Below, piece by piece: positions 9,288 to 18,050 of a stretch of DNA of 64,000 nucleotides. The DNA comes from Candidatus Omnitrophota bacterium (GTDB taxonomy: Bacteria; Omnitrophota; Gorgyraeia; Duberdicusellales; 4484-171), in contig JBDRAN010000013.1 in assembly GCA_043823745.1 (NCBI GenBank), positions 818-64,817 on the forward strand, written 5' to 3'. Position 1 is the first letter of the stretch, and each line of letters begins with the position of its first letter. A program made the position numbers and the translations under genes. The notes below the pieces were generated by a model that worked only from the letters and a program-made list of their open reading frames with translations, did not search any database and was not told the origin of the DNA.

Positions 9288-10229
9288 ATGGCACCCGCAC
9301 CGCAATTAAAAATCACTAAAAAAAATAGTACCCGTCTTATAACGATGCCGCTTGGGGAACTTGTTAATGCCGCGAACAAGGTACGCGAGAAGCATATTGG
9401 TTTAAAGCTTGAGTCTTGCAGTATTATGAATACCAAATCAGGCCTTTGCAGTGAGGATTGTAAGTTCTGTGCGCAGTCGGCGCGTCACGCCTCAAGCGCC
9501 CTAACGTATCCGCTTAAAAGCACGCAGGAAATTATTGCTTCTGCCGTCCGTGCCAAAGAAATCGGCGCGGTGAGATTCTGTATTGTTGTCAGTGGCCGCG
9601 CGGCGAGTGCCGCGGAGGTAGAAAAAATCATTACCGCGGTGCGTGAGATTAAAAAGAAGGTTAAGATTAGAATTTGTACGTCGCTGGGGATTCTCTCGCG
9701 CGAGCAATTAGCGTGCTTGCAAGAAGCCGGTGTTAGCCGGTATCACCATAATATCGAAACCTCGCCTGCGTATTTTTCTAAGATCTGTACCACGCACAGC
9801 TTACGCGAAAAAATAAAAACGATCAAGGCTGCTCAGGCAGTGGGCCTTGAAGTATGCAGCGGAGGCATCATTGGAATGGGCGAGACCTGGTTTGATAGGA
9901 TCAGTATGGCTTTTTTACTGAAAGAGCTTAACGTAGATTCGATCCCCATTAATGCCTTGGTTGCGCGTCCCGGCACTCCACTGGCGTCTTTGGCGCCTCT
10001 CGCGTGTAGCGATGTCATCAGAACCATTGCCATTTTTAGGCTTATCCTGAAAGACAAAGAGATTAAGCTTGCCGCCGGCCGGGAGCAGATCCTTCGAGAT
10101 TTTCAAGGACTTGCTTTTATGGCAGGGGCTAACAGTATGATCGTTGGCGGGTATCTGACGATTAAAGGAAGAGCGGTCTGTGACGATCAAAAGTTTATCG
10201 AAGAGATAAAGACGCTATGGGCAGGATAG
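9288..10229 (+). CDS. bioB: biotin synthase
   Basis: CSEDCKFCAQS, YHHNIET, CSGGIIGMGE, SIPIN, GYLT; RBS GGAGGG. Confidence 0.95.
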   Translation: MAPAPQLKITKKNSTRLITMPLGELVNAANKVREKHIGLKLESCSIMNTKSGLCSEDCKFCAQSARHASSALTYPLKSTQEIIASAVRAKEIGAVRFCIVVSGRAASAAEVEKIITAVREIKKKVKIRICTSLGILSREQLACLQEAGVSRYHHNIETSPAYFSKICTTHSLREKIKTIKAAQAVGLEVCSGGIIGMGETWFDRISMAFLLKELNVDSIPINALVARPGTPLASLAPLACSDVIRTIAIFRLILKDKEIKLAAGREQILRDFQGLAFMAGANSMIVGGYLTIKGRAVCDDQKFIEEIKTLWAG

Positions 10230-11371
10230 AAAGTTTTTTGACCAGCCGGCGTAACAGCAACCTCTTGCGTACGCTCGTACCCGCCACACGGCGCGCCAAC
10301 GGTATCATCACGATTGAGGGAAAAGAATATTTTGATTTTTGTTCGAATGATTACTTGGGGATTGCCAACCACCCTGCGCTTATCCGGGCTTGCCAGGAGG
10401 CTCTGGTGGAGTTCGGCGCCGGCGCATGTGCGTCTCGGCTTTTAAGCGGGGACTCTCAGCTTACGCATCAACTGGAAACGGAGCTCGCCGCGTTTAAGGC
10501 CAAAGAATCCGCGCTTGTTTTTAACAGCGGATACCAGGCGAATACCGGCATCATCGGCGCACTTTGTCAAAAAGGCGATGTAATTTTTTCCGATAAGCTG
10601 AATCACGCGAGCATTATCGACGGTATAGTATTATCCGGAGCGCAGTGTGTCCGTTTTTTTCATAATAATATGGAGCATTTGGAGTCGTTACTCGCGCGCG
10701 AGCGCTCTCATTATAAAGAAGCATTGATTGTCACGGAAAGTATTTTTAGTATGGAAGGTGACGCTGCCCCGTTGGCTGAACTGGTTAGGCTTAAAGAAAA
10801 ATATCAGTGTCGGCTTATGATTGACGAAGCTCATGCAACCGGAGTTTTTGGCAGCCGCGGATCAGGTTTAGCGGAGGAGCTCGGCGTCAGCGATCACGTT
10901 GATCTTATTATGGGAACCTTCGGCAAAGCCCTGGGCAGCTTTGGCGCATACTGTGCCTGTTCCCAAAAAATAAAAGAGTTTCTTGTTAACAGCTGTCGTA
11001 GTTTTATATATACGACTGCCCTGCCCCCTGCGGTGATCGCGGCAAACCTCGCCAGTCTTTTTGTTGTGCGCGATGAGGCAGGCCGCCGCGCGCAACTACG
11101 CACGAATGCTTCCTGTTTCCGTGACTGTCTCATTGAGAAAGGTTTCCACGCACGCGGCAATTCACAAATTGTGCCGGTTGTTGTGGGGGATGTTTCCCGT
11201 GCTGTTTTTGCCAGCGCCGAATTAAAGAAAAAGGGGTATTGGGTTCTTCCGATACGGCCGCCCACGGTGGCCTTGAAAGAATCGCGCCTGCGTTTTTCAT
11301 TAAGTTTCTCTCATTCTCACGATGTCTTAGAACAGGTCGCTCATGAGCTTGCCCAAATCCTCCCAGTTTAA
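10217..11371 (+). CDS. bioF: 8-amino-7-oxononanoate synthase
   Basis: SNDYLG, NHASIIDG, DEAHATG, GTFGKALG, IRPPTV. Confidence 0.95.
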   Translation: MGRIESFLTSRRNSNLLRTLVPATRRANGIITIEGKEYFDFCSNDYLGIANHPALIRACQEALVEFGAGACASRLLSGDSQLTHQLETELAAFKAKESALVFNSGYQANTGIIGALCQKGDVIFSDKLNHASIIDGIVLSGAQCVRFFHNNMEHLESLLARERSHYKEALIVTESIFSMEGDAAPLAELVRLKEKYQCRLMIDEAHATGVFGSRGSGLAEELGVSDHVDLIMGTFGKALGSFGAYCACSQKIKEFLVNSCRSFIYTTALPPAVIAANLASLFVVRDEAGRRAQLRTNASCFRDCLIEKGFHARGNSQIVPVVVGDVSRAVFASAELKKKGYWVLPIRPPTVALKESRLRFSLSFSHSHDVLEQVAHELAQILPV

Positions 11372-12032
11372 CTTTCTCGATCGCGGGAATGAGCAAACGG
11401 TCGTGTTAATCCCGGGTTGGGCGACAGACCATAGGATCTTTACTCATCTGGACCTCGCAGCTAATTACTTAGTGATGACATCATGCCTGCCGAATGACTT
11501 TGATAGCGCGCTTATAAACGCCCTTGACGAGCATAACATACGCCGCGCATCGTATCTTGGTGTATCTCTGGGAGGATTCATGGCAGCGCGTTTTGCGGCG
11601 CATCATCCTGCGCGAATACAAGAACTGATTCTTGTCAGCATACGGGAGCAATACCCTGCGGTAGATATAGAGCAGGTTGCGCGGTACCTTGTGAAGAACA
11701 AGAAGGCGTATCTGTCTAAATTTTACAGTCAATGTTTTAACGATGAATGCGCAATGGGTGTTTTTGAGCGTGGCTTGTTTGATGAGTACTGCAACACGTT
11801 TGAGCTCGATTTTCTTTTAGAGACCCTGCAGTATTTAAAAGAAGCGCGGATTGAGGACGCAACGCTTGCGGGACTGGCGCATGTCAAGATCATACATGGC
11901 GCTTCTGATCGGATCGCGCCGTGCATTGAAGCGTATGAGCTCAGTACGCGCCTGTACAATGCCGATTTTATGTGCCTGCCGGGTGTCGGGCACTTTCCTT
12001 TTTTGGCTCCCGGGTTTTCTCAAATGATATGA
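11343..12032 (+). CDS. alpha/beta hydrolase, probable pimeloyl-ACP methyl ester esterase (BioH-like)
   Basis: PGW, GVSLGG nucleophile elbow, HGASD, GHFPF; between bioF and bioC. Confidence 0.8.
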   Translation: MSLPKSSQFNFLDRGNEQTVVLIPGWATDHRIFTHLDLAANYLVMTSCLPNDFDSALINALDEHNIRRASYLGVSLGGFMAARFAAHHPARIQELILVSIREQYPAVDIEQVARYLVKNKKAYLSKFYSQCFNDECAMGVFERGLFDEYCNTFELDFLLETLQYLKEARIEDATLAGLAHVKIIHGASDRIAPCIEAYELSTRLYNADFMCLPGVGHFPFLAPGFSQMI

Positions 12033-12784
12033 TCGATAAAAAAATGCTCACCAGAACATTCAGTCGTATCGCGGGCCGGTACGACGCGTGCGCGAGCGTT
12101 CAGAACCGCATTGCCGGGCGTCTTGCCGCCACAATCACCTGCAGCCAACCGCGCTCTATACTTGAGATAGGTTGCGGCACCGGTAATTTTACTACCGTAC
12201 TTCTTGAACGATTTCCTGGCGCGCGGCTGGTCGGGGTTGATATATCGGGCGATATGATCGATATCGCGCGCCGAAAGACCGCGGCTTTCGCCGCGGTATT
12301 TAAGGTCGCCGATGCGGAAGCGCTTAATTTCCGGGAACATTTCGATCTGATAGCATCCAATGCCGCCTTCCAGTGGTTTAGTGATCTATCGGGCACCATG
12401 AGGCGCTTTAAAAATCTACTCAACCGCCGCGGCGCGCTCTATTTTTCTACCTTTGGGCCCCAGACATTCTGTGAGCTGCGGGAATCGCTACGGCTCTTTG
12501 ACGGGAGAAAACATGTTGTTGCGGAACAGTTTCTTGACAAAACGGCGGTACAGAAGATACTTCGAGACCGGTTTGCAAAAAGCATAATTGAGGAAAGATG
12601 TTTGACGGTAACGTTTGCTTCGCTTCGGGAGTTGTTTGAGCATATCAAATATACTTCCGGGGTAACGGGCGGTGTAAAAAAAATATGGACCCCGCAGGCT
12701 CTTCGGTTGTTAGAAAAAATTTATAGAAAAAAGTTTAAGCGTATAGCCGCAACGTACCAGGTATTCTTATGTCACGCGCGCTAA
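12029..12784 (+). CDS. bioC: malonyl-ACP O-methyltransferase
   Basis: LEIGCGTG, SNAAFQW, FSTFGPQTF. Confidence 0.9.
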   Translation: MIDKKMLTRTFSRIAGRYDACASVQNRIAGRLAATITCSQPRSILEIGCGTGNFTTVLLERFPGARLVGVDISGDMIDIARRKTAAFAAVFKVADAEALNFREHFDLIASNAAFQWFSDLSGTMRRFKNLLNRRGALYFSTFGPQTFCELRESLRLFDGRKHVVAEQFLDKTAVQKILRDRFAKSIIEERCLTVTFASLRELFEHIKYTSGVTGGVKKIWTPQALRLLEKIYRKKFKRIAATYQVFLCHAR

Positions 12785-13479
12785 AAGGATTATTCATTAC
12801 CGGAACCGACACGGGCGTGGGGAAAACCGTGATTACGGGCCTCCTTGCCCGTTATTACCAAGAAAAAAATCAAACCGTGATAACGCAGAAGTGGGTGCAG
12901 ACAGGTTCGAGCCGCCCGGTCGATTATCTTCGCCACCGGGAGTTGGCAGGCCTCTCGCCGGCTGACGCTATAGATATTTCCGCCGCCGCTGCCGGGTATT
13001 GTTTCAGGCGCGCCGCCTCGCCGCATTTAGCCGCGCGTCTTGAGAAGAAAAAAATATCTTCCCGCCTTATTAGGCAGCGCTTCAATACGCTTGCTAAAAA
13101 ATTTGATCTTGTTATTGTGGAGGGCGCCGGCGGGGCGCTTGTTCCTTTTGACCGAAAACACCTGTTGCTTGATATTGCCTGTCGCCTGAAGCTTCCGGTT
13201 GTCATCGTGGCGCGTAATGCTCTCGGGGCCATCAATCATGCGTTGGTAACGATTGAAGCCATACGATCGCGTAAGATCCCCATCGCCGGCATAATCTTTA
13301 ACTGCTGTGACAAAAAAGTCGACAGGTGTGTTGTTCGCGATAACCCTAGAATTGTGGCGCAGTTAGGAAAAACAAAAGTACTGGGAAGCCTGCCGTATAC
13401 CCGACACCCGGATTTACTTTATGTCAAATTTAAGCCCGTTGCCCGGGCCATAGAAAAAGCCCTATGCAGAATGATTTAA
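12769..13479 (+). CDS. bioD: dethiobiotin synthase
   Basis: FITGTDTGVGKT, SPHLAA, VEGAGG, LGAINH. Confidence 0.95.
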   Translation: MSRALKGLFITGTDTGVGKTVITGLLARYYQEKNQTVITQKWVQTGSSRPVDYLRHRELAGLSPADAIDISAAAAGYCFRRAASPHLAARLEKKKISSRLIRQRFNTLAKKFDLVIVEGAGGALVPFDRKHLLLDIACRLKLPVVIVARNALGAINHALVTIEAIRSRKIPIAGIIFNCCDKKVDRCVVRDNPRIVAQLGKTKVLGSLPYTRHPDLLYVKFKPVARAIEKALCRMI

Positions 13480-14807
13480 TGAGTAACGATAAAGACTATA
13501 TTTGGCACCCCTATACGCAGAGTAAGGACAGCGAACGTTTCCCCCCGATTCTTATCGAGCGCGGCCGGGGGATGAAACTTTTCGATGCAGAGGGAAACTT
13601 TTATTACGATACTATTGCAAGCTGGTGGTGTAACGTGCATGGCCACAATCACCCCGTGATTAAAAAAGCGATAAAGAAACAACTTGATGCTCTCGAGCAT
13701 GTTCTTTTTGCGGGATTTACTCATAAACCGGCTATTGACCTGGCCCAGGCGCTGTGCGCCCTCACTCCCCGTAACCTCTCCAGAGTCTTTTTCTCGGACA
13801 ACGGATCTACATCCGTCGAGGTTGCCTTGAAAATGTCTTTACAGTATTGGCGTAATCGGGGTATGGCAGGGAAAACAAAATTTGTTTCTCTTGATCATGC
13901 GTATCACGGAGATACTTTTGGCGCAATGAGCGTTAGCGGTAAAAGCCTTTTTAATGAAGCATTTTCACCGTTGTTGTTTGATGTGTATAAAGTTGCCTCA
14001 CCGTATTGTTATCGGTGCCCGCTTAAAAAAACCTTTCCATCGTGTAGGGTTGCCTGCATACAATTTTTGGAGCGGATTTTTGAGCAGAAGCACCGTCAGA
14101 TTTGCGGCGTGATTTTAGAGCCGTTGGTTATGGCCGCAGGAGGCATGATAGTTTATCCCAAAGAATATGTACAGAAAACGGCGGCACTCGCTAAAAAATA
14201 CAACGCACATCTTATCCTCGATGAGGTAGCCACTGGCTTTGGCAGGACCGGCACCATGTTTGCGTGCGAACGCGCTGAAGTCGTTTCCGATTTCTTATGT
14301 CTCTCTAAAGGTCTTACCGCCGGATATCTTCCTTTGGGTGTAACGCTTACCACAGAAGAAATGTATAAGGCATTTCGCGCTGACTATGCCGCAAAGAAAA
14401 CTTTTTACCACGGCCACACCTATACCGCAAATCCGCTTTCCTGCGCCGCGGCCTTGGCGAGCCTTGAGATTTTTAGGACCGAGGGCACGCTTAAGAATTT
14501 GACGCCCATTATTTCTTTGTTTCATTCAGGCCTTAAGCGATTTCGCGAACTTCCTCTGGTCGGCGATGTCCGCATGCTTGGTCTTATTGGAGCTTTTGAG
14601 TTGGTAAGAAATAAAAACACGCAAGAACCTTTTGGCGCCACGCGGCGCATCGGTATGGAAATTTACCGCAAGGGTCTTCGGGAGCACCTTATCTTGCGCC
14701 CCCTGGGGGATATTATCTATTTTTTTCTACCGCTGTCGGTACGCGAAAGAGAACTGCGGTATATTCTGCGTAAGGCATTTCAGATTATCGCTGCCACGAA
14801 GGCTTAA
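13464..14807 (+). CDS. bioA: adenosylmethionine-8-amino-7-oxononanoate aminotransferase
   Basis: IWHPYTQ, SWWCNVHG, YHGDTFG, DEVATGFGRTG, SKGLTAG, HGHTY. Confidence 0.95.
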   Translation: MQNDLMSNDKDYIWHPYTQSKDSERFPPILIERGRGMKLFDAEGNFYYDTIASWWCNVHGHNHPVIKKAIKKQLDALEHVLFAGFTHKPAIDLAQALCALTPRNLSRVFFSDNGSTSVEVALKMSLQYWRNRGMAGKTKFVSLDHAYHGDTFGAMSVSGKSLFNEAFSPLLFDVYKVASPYCYRCPLKKTFPSCRVACIQFLERIFEQKHRQICGVILEPLVMAAGGMIVYPKEYVQKTAALAKKYNAHLILDEVATGFGRTGTMFACERAEVVSDFLCLSKGLTAGYLPLGVTLTTEEMYKAFRADYAAKKTFYHGHTYTANPLSCAAALASLEIFRTEGTLKNLTPIISLFHSGLKRFRELPLVGDVRMLGLIGAFELVRNKNTQEPFGATRRIGMEIYRKGLREHLILRPLGDIIYFFLPLSVRERELRYILRKAFQIIAATKA

Positions 14808-14995
14808 ATTTTTTCACCTATCGGCTGATTGCTCTCTACAATATTATTGGCATAATGGTGGCGTTTGTCGATTACGTTGAGCTTCTTTTATTTTTCAGAC
14901 GCGGCCATTACCGTAAGCCCCGGTAGTCCAGCAGGCCAAAGGCCTGTTGGCCAGGGAGATTGTAGTTTGCAGGCTAAGGCGAAGGTTTATTTTTC

Positions 14996-15023
14996 TTGAC
15001 AGGCTGGGTCAAGTGAGTAAAAT
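14996..15023 (+). promoter_or_regulatory. sigma70-like promoter overlapped by an inverted repeat
   Basis: TTGACA-16 nt-TAAAAT; CTTGAC-N7-GTCAAG palindrome over the -35. Confidence 0.6.
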
Positions 15024-15082
15024 AAGAACACAATTGGGCAGTGTCCTGTGTTTAAATGGGGGAACCTGGACGTTAAAAAAGT

Positions 15083-15120
15083 AAAACCTTTGCTTTGAGC
15101 GGCAAAGGTTTTTTTGTTTT
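15083..15120 (+). terminator. intrinsic terminator
   Basis: AAAACCTTTGC-loop-GCAAAGGTTTTTTT hairpin with T-tract. Confidence 0.8.
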
Positions 15121-15131
15121 AAACAGATTTT

Positions 15132-15170
15132 TTAAACCCTGTTCCAAACCCGCATTGGAATAAAGCGGTT
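15132..15170 (-). repeat. REP-like palindrome family A, empty copy
   Basis: Reverse complement TTCCAATGCGGGTTTGGAACA matches the backbones at 17871 and 21740. Confidence 0.75.
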
Positions 15171-15191
15171 AGGACAAGCAATAAGATAGCA

Positions 15192-15857
15192 ATGCTGGAA
15201 AAGGAGAATACTAATATAACCATCAAAATGGACGTTAGGGAATGTAATTGCGAAATCGAATGTTTCCTTTCGCAAGATTATGCAATAAGGGTGGTGAAAG
15301 AATTATTGCCTACAGGCGATTTTATTATCAACGACGAAATAGCCGTTGAGCGGAAAACTTCTTCTGATTTTATCCAATCAATTGTTGATAACCGGCTTTT
15401 TCGCCAGGCGGCTAGAATGAAGCAATATTTCAATCATCGTCTTTTTATTATTGAGGGAGGAGACATTTACGCAACTTCATTAGGTGTTCATCATAATGCT
15501 ATTGCCGGAGCGCTAACAAGCATTGTTTTTCGTTGGCAGATACCGGTGCTTTTTTCCCGCGATGCCCGCCAAACAGCTCTTTTGCTTTATCTTGCGGCAT
15601 CCCAAAAGCTAAGAGCTTATCAGGAACTTTCCTGCCGTTTAGGCAGGAAACCGAAACGAACCTTGAGGCGCCAGCTATTTTTGCTTCAGGGCCTTCCTTG
15701 CGTAGGCCGTGTTCTTGCTGAAAAATTACTAAATTATTTTGGTAGCGTGGAAGCGGTAATGACTGCTTCTCTGGAGTCCCTTAAGGAAGTGGATGGAGTA
15801 GGTAAAAAGAAGGCGGAAAAGATTAAAGAAGTGCTTACAAAAAAGGTTAGCGTATAA
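15192..15857 (+). CDS. ERCC4/XPF-family nuclease with HhH domain
   Basis: MDVRE, GDFII, VERKTSSDFIQSIVDNRLFRQ, C-terminal GVGKKKAEKI. Confidence 0.9.
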   Translation: MLEKENTNITIKMDVRECNCEIECFLSQDYAIRVVKELLPTGDFIINDEIAVERKTSSDFIQSIVDNRLFRQAARMKQYFNHRLFIIEGGDIYATSLGVHHNAIAGALTSIVFRWQIPVLFSRDARQTALLLYLAASQKLRAYQELSCRLGRKPKRTLRRQLFLLQGLPCVGRVLAEKLLNYFGSVEAVMTASLESLKEVDGVGKKKAEKIKEVLTKKVSV

Positions 15858-15886
15858 AAAAAGATGCGCCGAAGGCGCAGATTTGT

Positions 15887-17872
15887 ATGAATATTTTTTC
15901 GTTAGTATTTGGAGAAACCAGCGAGAATTTAGCCGCAAAATTTTCACACGGAAATTTTGAACCGCGCCCTCAGCAAATAGCGATGCTTCAATCGGTTATG
16001 AAAGCCGTTTACGGTAACAAGCACTTACTAGTTGAAGCAGGAACAGGTGTCGGCAAAAGCATTGCTTATCTCCTGCCGTTTATCAAATGGACAGTTGAAA
16101 AAGACAAAAAAGTAGTTATTTCTACTTATACTAAAACTCTTCAGGAACAACTTACAAAAAAAGACTTGCCGCAATTAAAGAGTATTTTGGGTATGGATTT
16201 TAATTTTGCTTTATGTTTGGGCGCCGCTAATTATCTTTGCTTGAGGCGTTTAACTCAAAATGCCTGCCTGGATATTTTTTCCACGGATAGGGATAAAAAT
16301 GACATGCAACGGCTGCAGGAATGGTCGCGTAATACTCAGGCAGGCCTGCGCACCGAACTTAACTTTACGCCGGCTCAAAGCGTATGGGAAAAGATTTGCC
16401 GCGAAAGTGATTTGTGTTTAGGGAAAAAGTGTAGTTTTAGGAAGAATTGTTTTTATTATAAAGCAAAAGCAAAGGAATATAAAGCGCATATTTTAGTTAC
16501 CAACCACCACCTTTTTTTCGCCAATATAGCTTCCGGCGGCGCGGTTCTTCCCGTGTTCGATGCTATTGTATTTGATGAAGCGCATACTCTTGAACAAGTG
16601 GCCACTGCCTATTTAGGAAGAGAAATTTCCAATTTCAAAATAAAATATCTTTTTGACGCATTATTTAATCCCCAAACAGGTAAGGGGTTATTATGGGGAA
16701 TGCGAGGCATACCACGCAAAAAAATTGAAGAGGTAAGAGCAAAATTAGAAGTAACGAGGCTTGCGGCAGATGATTTTTTTTCGAAGCTGATTGCCGGATT
16801 TGGCCAAGAGCCGCAAACTACAAGGGTTCGTAAGCCCTTATTGCCGGATCATTATTTTCTCTATTGCCTTTCGAATCTTTTAGATTCACTTAAAATTATT
16901 TTAGAATCTGTTAAGCGCGACGAAGATAAACTTGATATCCGCCATTTTATTTCGCGGATAGAGGAGCTAAGGCGCAATCTCGCAGGTATCCTCAATACGC
17001 AGTGGCCTGGTTATGTTTACTGGTTTAGTCTTCAAGCCCGCCAACGAGGTTTACGCTTGAGTCTCTGTTCGGCTCCCGTTGATATTTCGCAGGAATTCAA
17101 AGAAAAGGTTTTAACGGATAAAGTGCCTGTCATACTTACTTCCGCTACAATTTCCGTTAACGGCAAATTCGATTTTATTAAAGAAAATCTTGGGTTTGCG
17201 CCTACCGTCGATAGTCTTATTCTTGATTCGCCGTTCGACTACAGCAAGAATGTGTTATTATATCTTACCCAGAATATTCCTGATCCAAACGGCCCCCAGA
17301 AAGAATACTTGCATGCTCTTTCCGCAGAAATAAAAGAAATCCTTAAACTCACCAGCGGCCGCACATTTATATTGTTTACCAGCTTCAAAATGATGAATAA
17401 AATATACGAAGAGATAAAGGGCTCCTTTACAAACCTGCATTTTTTAAAACATGGTGAAGAGCCGCGCTACCGGCTGCTTGAAGCTTTTAAAAGTGCAGGC
17501 AATAATATCCTTTTAGGGACAAATACTTTTTGGCAGGGTATCGATATTCCGGGAAAATCATTGGAATGTGTGGTTATCACAAAGCTCCCATTTGCCGTTC
17601 CCGATGATCCGGTTACTGAAGCGCGGATGGAAATGTTAAAAGAGCAAGGCAAGAATCCTTTTACCCATTATCAGCTGCCGCAGGCAGTAACAATGTTACG
17701 TCAGGGTTTTGGCAGGCTTATCCGTGGCAAATCAGACCGCGGCATGGTAGCAATTCTTGACCCACGCATTACCACGCGTTATTACGGCAGGAATTTTTTG
17801 CAGGCCATACCTCACTGCAAGCGTATCTACCATTTAGATAAGGCCCGTTCTTTTTTCGAGGTTGCCGATTAA
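15887..17872 (+). CDS. DinG/XPD-family Fe-S helicase
   Basis: RPQQ, EAGTGVGKS, four-Cys Fe-S region, DEAH, TSAT, FWQGID, QGFGRLIR. Confidence 0.92.
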   Translation: MNIFSLVFGETSENLAAKFSHGNFEPRPQQIAMLQSVMKAVYGNKHLLVEAGTGVGKSIAYLLPFIKWTVEKDKKVVISTYTKTLQEQLTKKDLPQLKSILGMDFNFALCLGAANYLCLRRLTQNACLDIFSTDRDKNDMQRLQEWSRNTQAGLRTELNFTPAQSVWEKICRESDLCLGKKCSFRKNCFYYKAKAKEYKAHILVTNHHLFFANIASGGAVLPVFDAIVFDEAHTLEQVATAYLGREISNFKIKYLFDALFNPQTGKGLLWGMRGIPRKKIEEVRAKLEVTRLAADDFFSKLIAGFGQEPQTTRVRKPLLPDHYFLYCLSNLLDSLKIILESVKRDEDKLDIRHFISRIEELRRNLAGILNTQWPGYVYWFSLQARQRGLRLSLCSAPVDISQEFKEKVLTDKVPVILTSATISVNGKFDFIKENLGFAPTVDSLILDSPFDYSKNVLLYLTQNIPDPNGPQKEYLHALSAEIKEILKLTSGRTFILFTSFKMMNKIYEEIKGSFTNLHFLKHGEEPRYRLLEAFKSAGNNILLGTNTFWQGIDIPGKSLECVVITKLPFAVPDDPVTEARMEMLKEQGKNPFTHYQLPQAVTMLRQGFGRLIRGKSDRGMVAILDPRITTRYYGRNFLQAIPHCKRIYHLDKARSFFEVAD

Positions 17873-17928
17873 CCTCGTTCCAATGCGGGTTTCTCTGCCT
17901 GCCGGGCAGGCAGAGAACACGGTTGAAT
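17871..17928 (+). repeat. family A palindrome with a 21-nt inserted palindrome
   Basis: GTTCCAATGCGGGTTT[CTCTGCCTGCCGGGCAGGCAG]AGAACACGGTTGAAT. Confidence 0.75.
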
Positions 17929-18050
17929 GGGGTGGGCATTTGAAATCTGTTACAATCAGATTGTTGGTTAGTTGCGTGGATGCTACAATTAACCTAAAGA
18001 GCAGTTGATATTAGCAATTTCAAATTTTTTTTGAGGAGGCCAAGAGTGTT

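Noticed and set aside
15050-15075. GGGGGAACC resembling the c-di-AMP (ydaO) riboswitch
   Set aside because: Lacks the upstream GCTGAA and the downstream conserved elements
15887-17872. DinG as a type IV-A CasDinG
   Set aside because: No csf1/csf2/csf3-like genes; the nearby cas operon is a complete type I-E with its own Cas3
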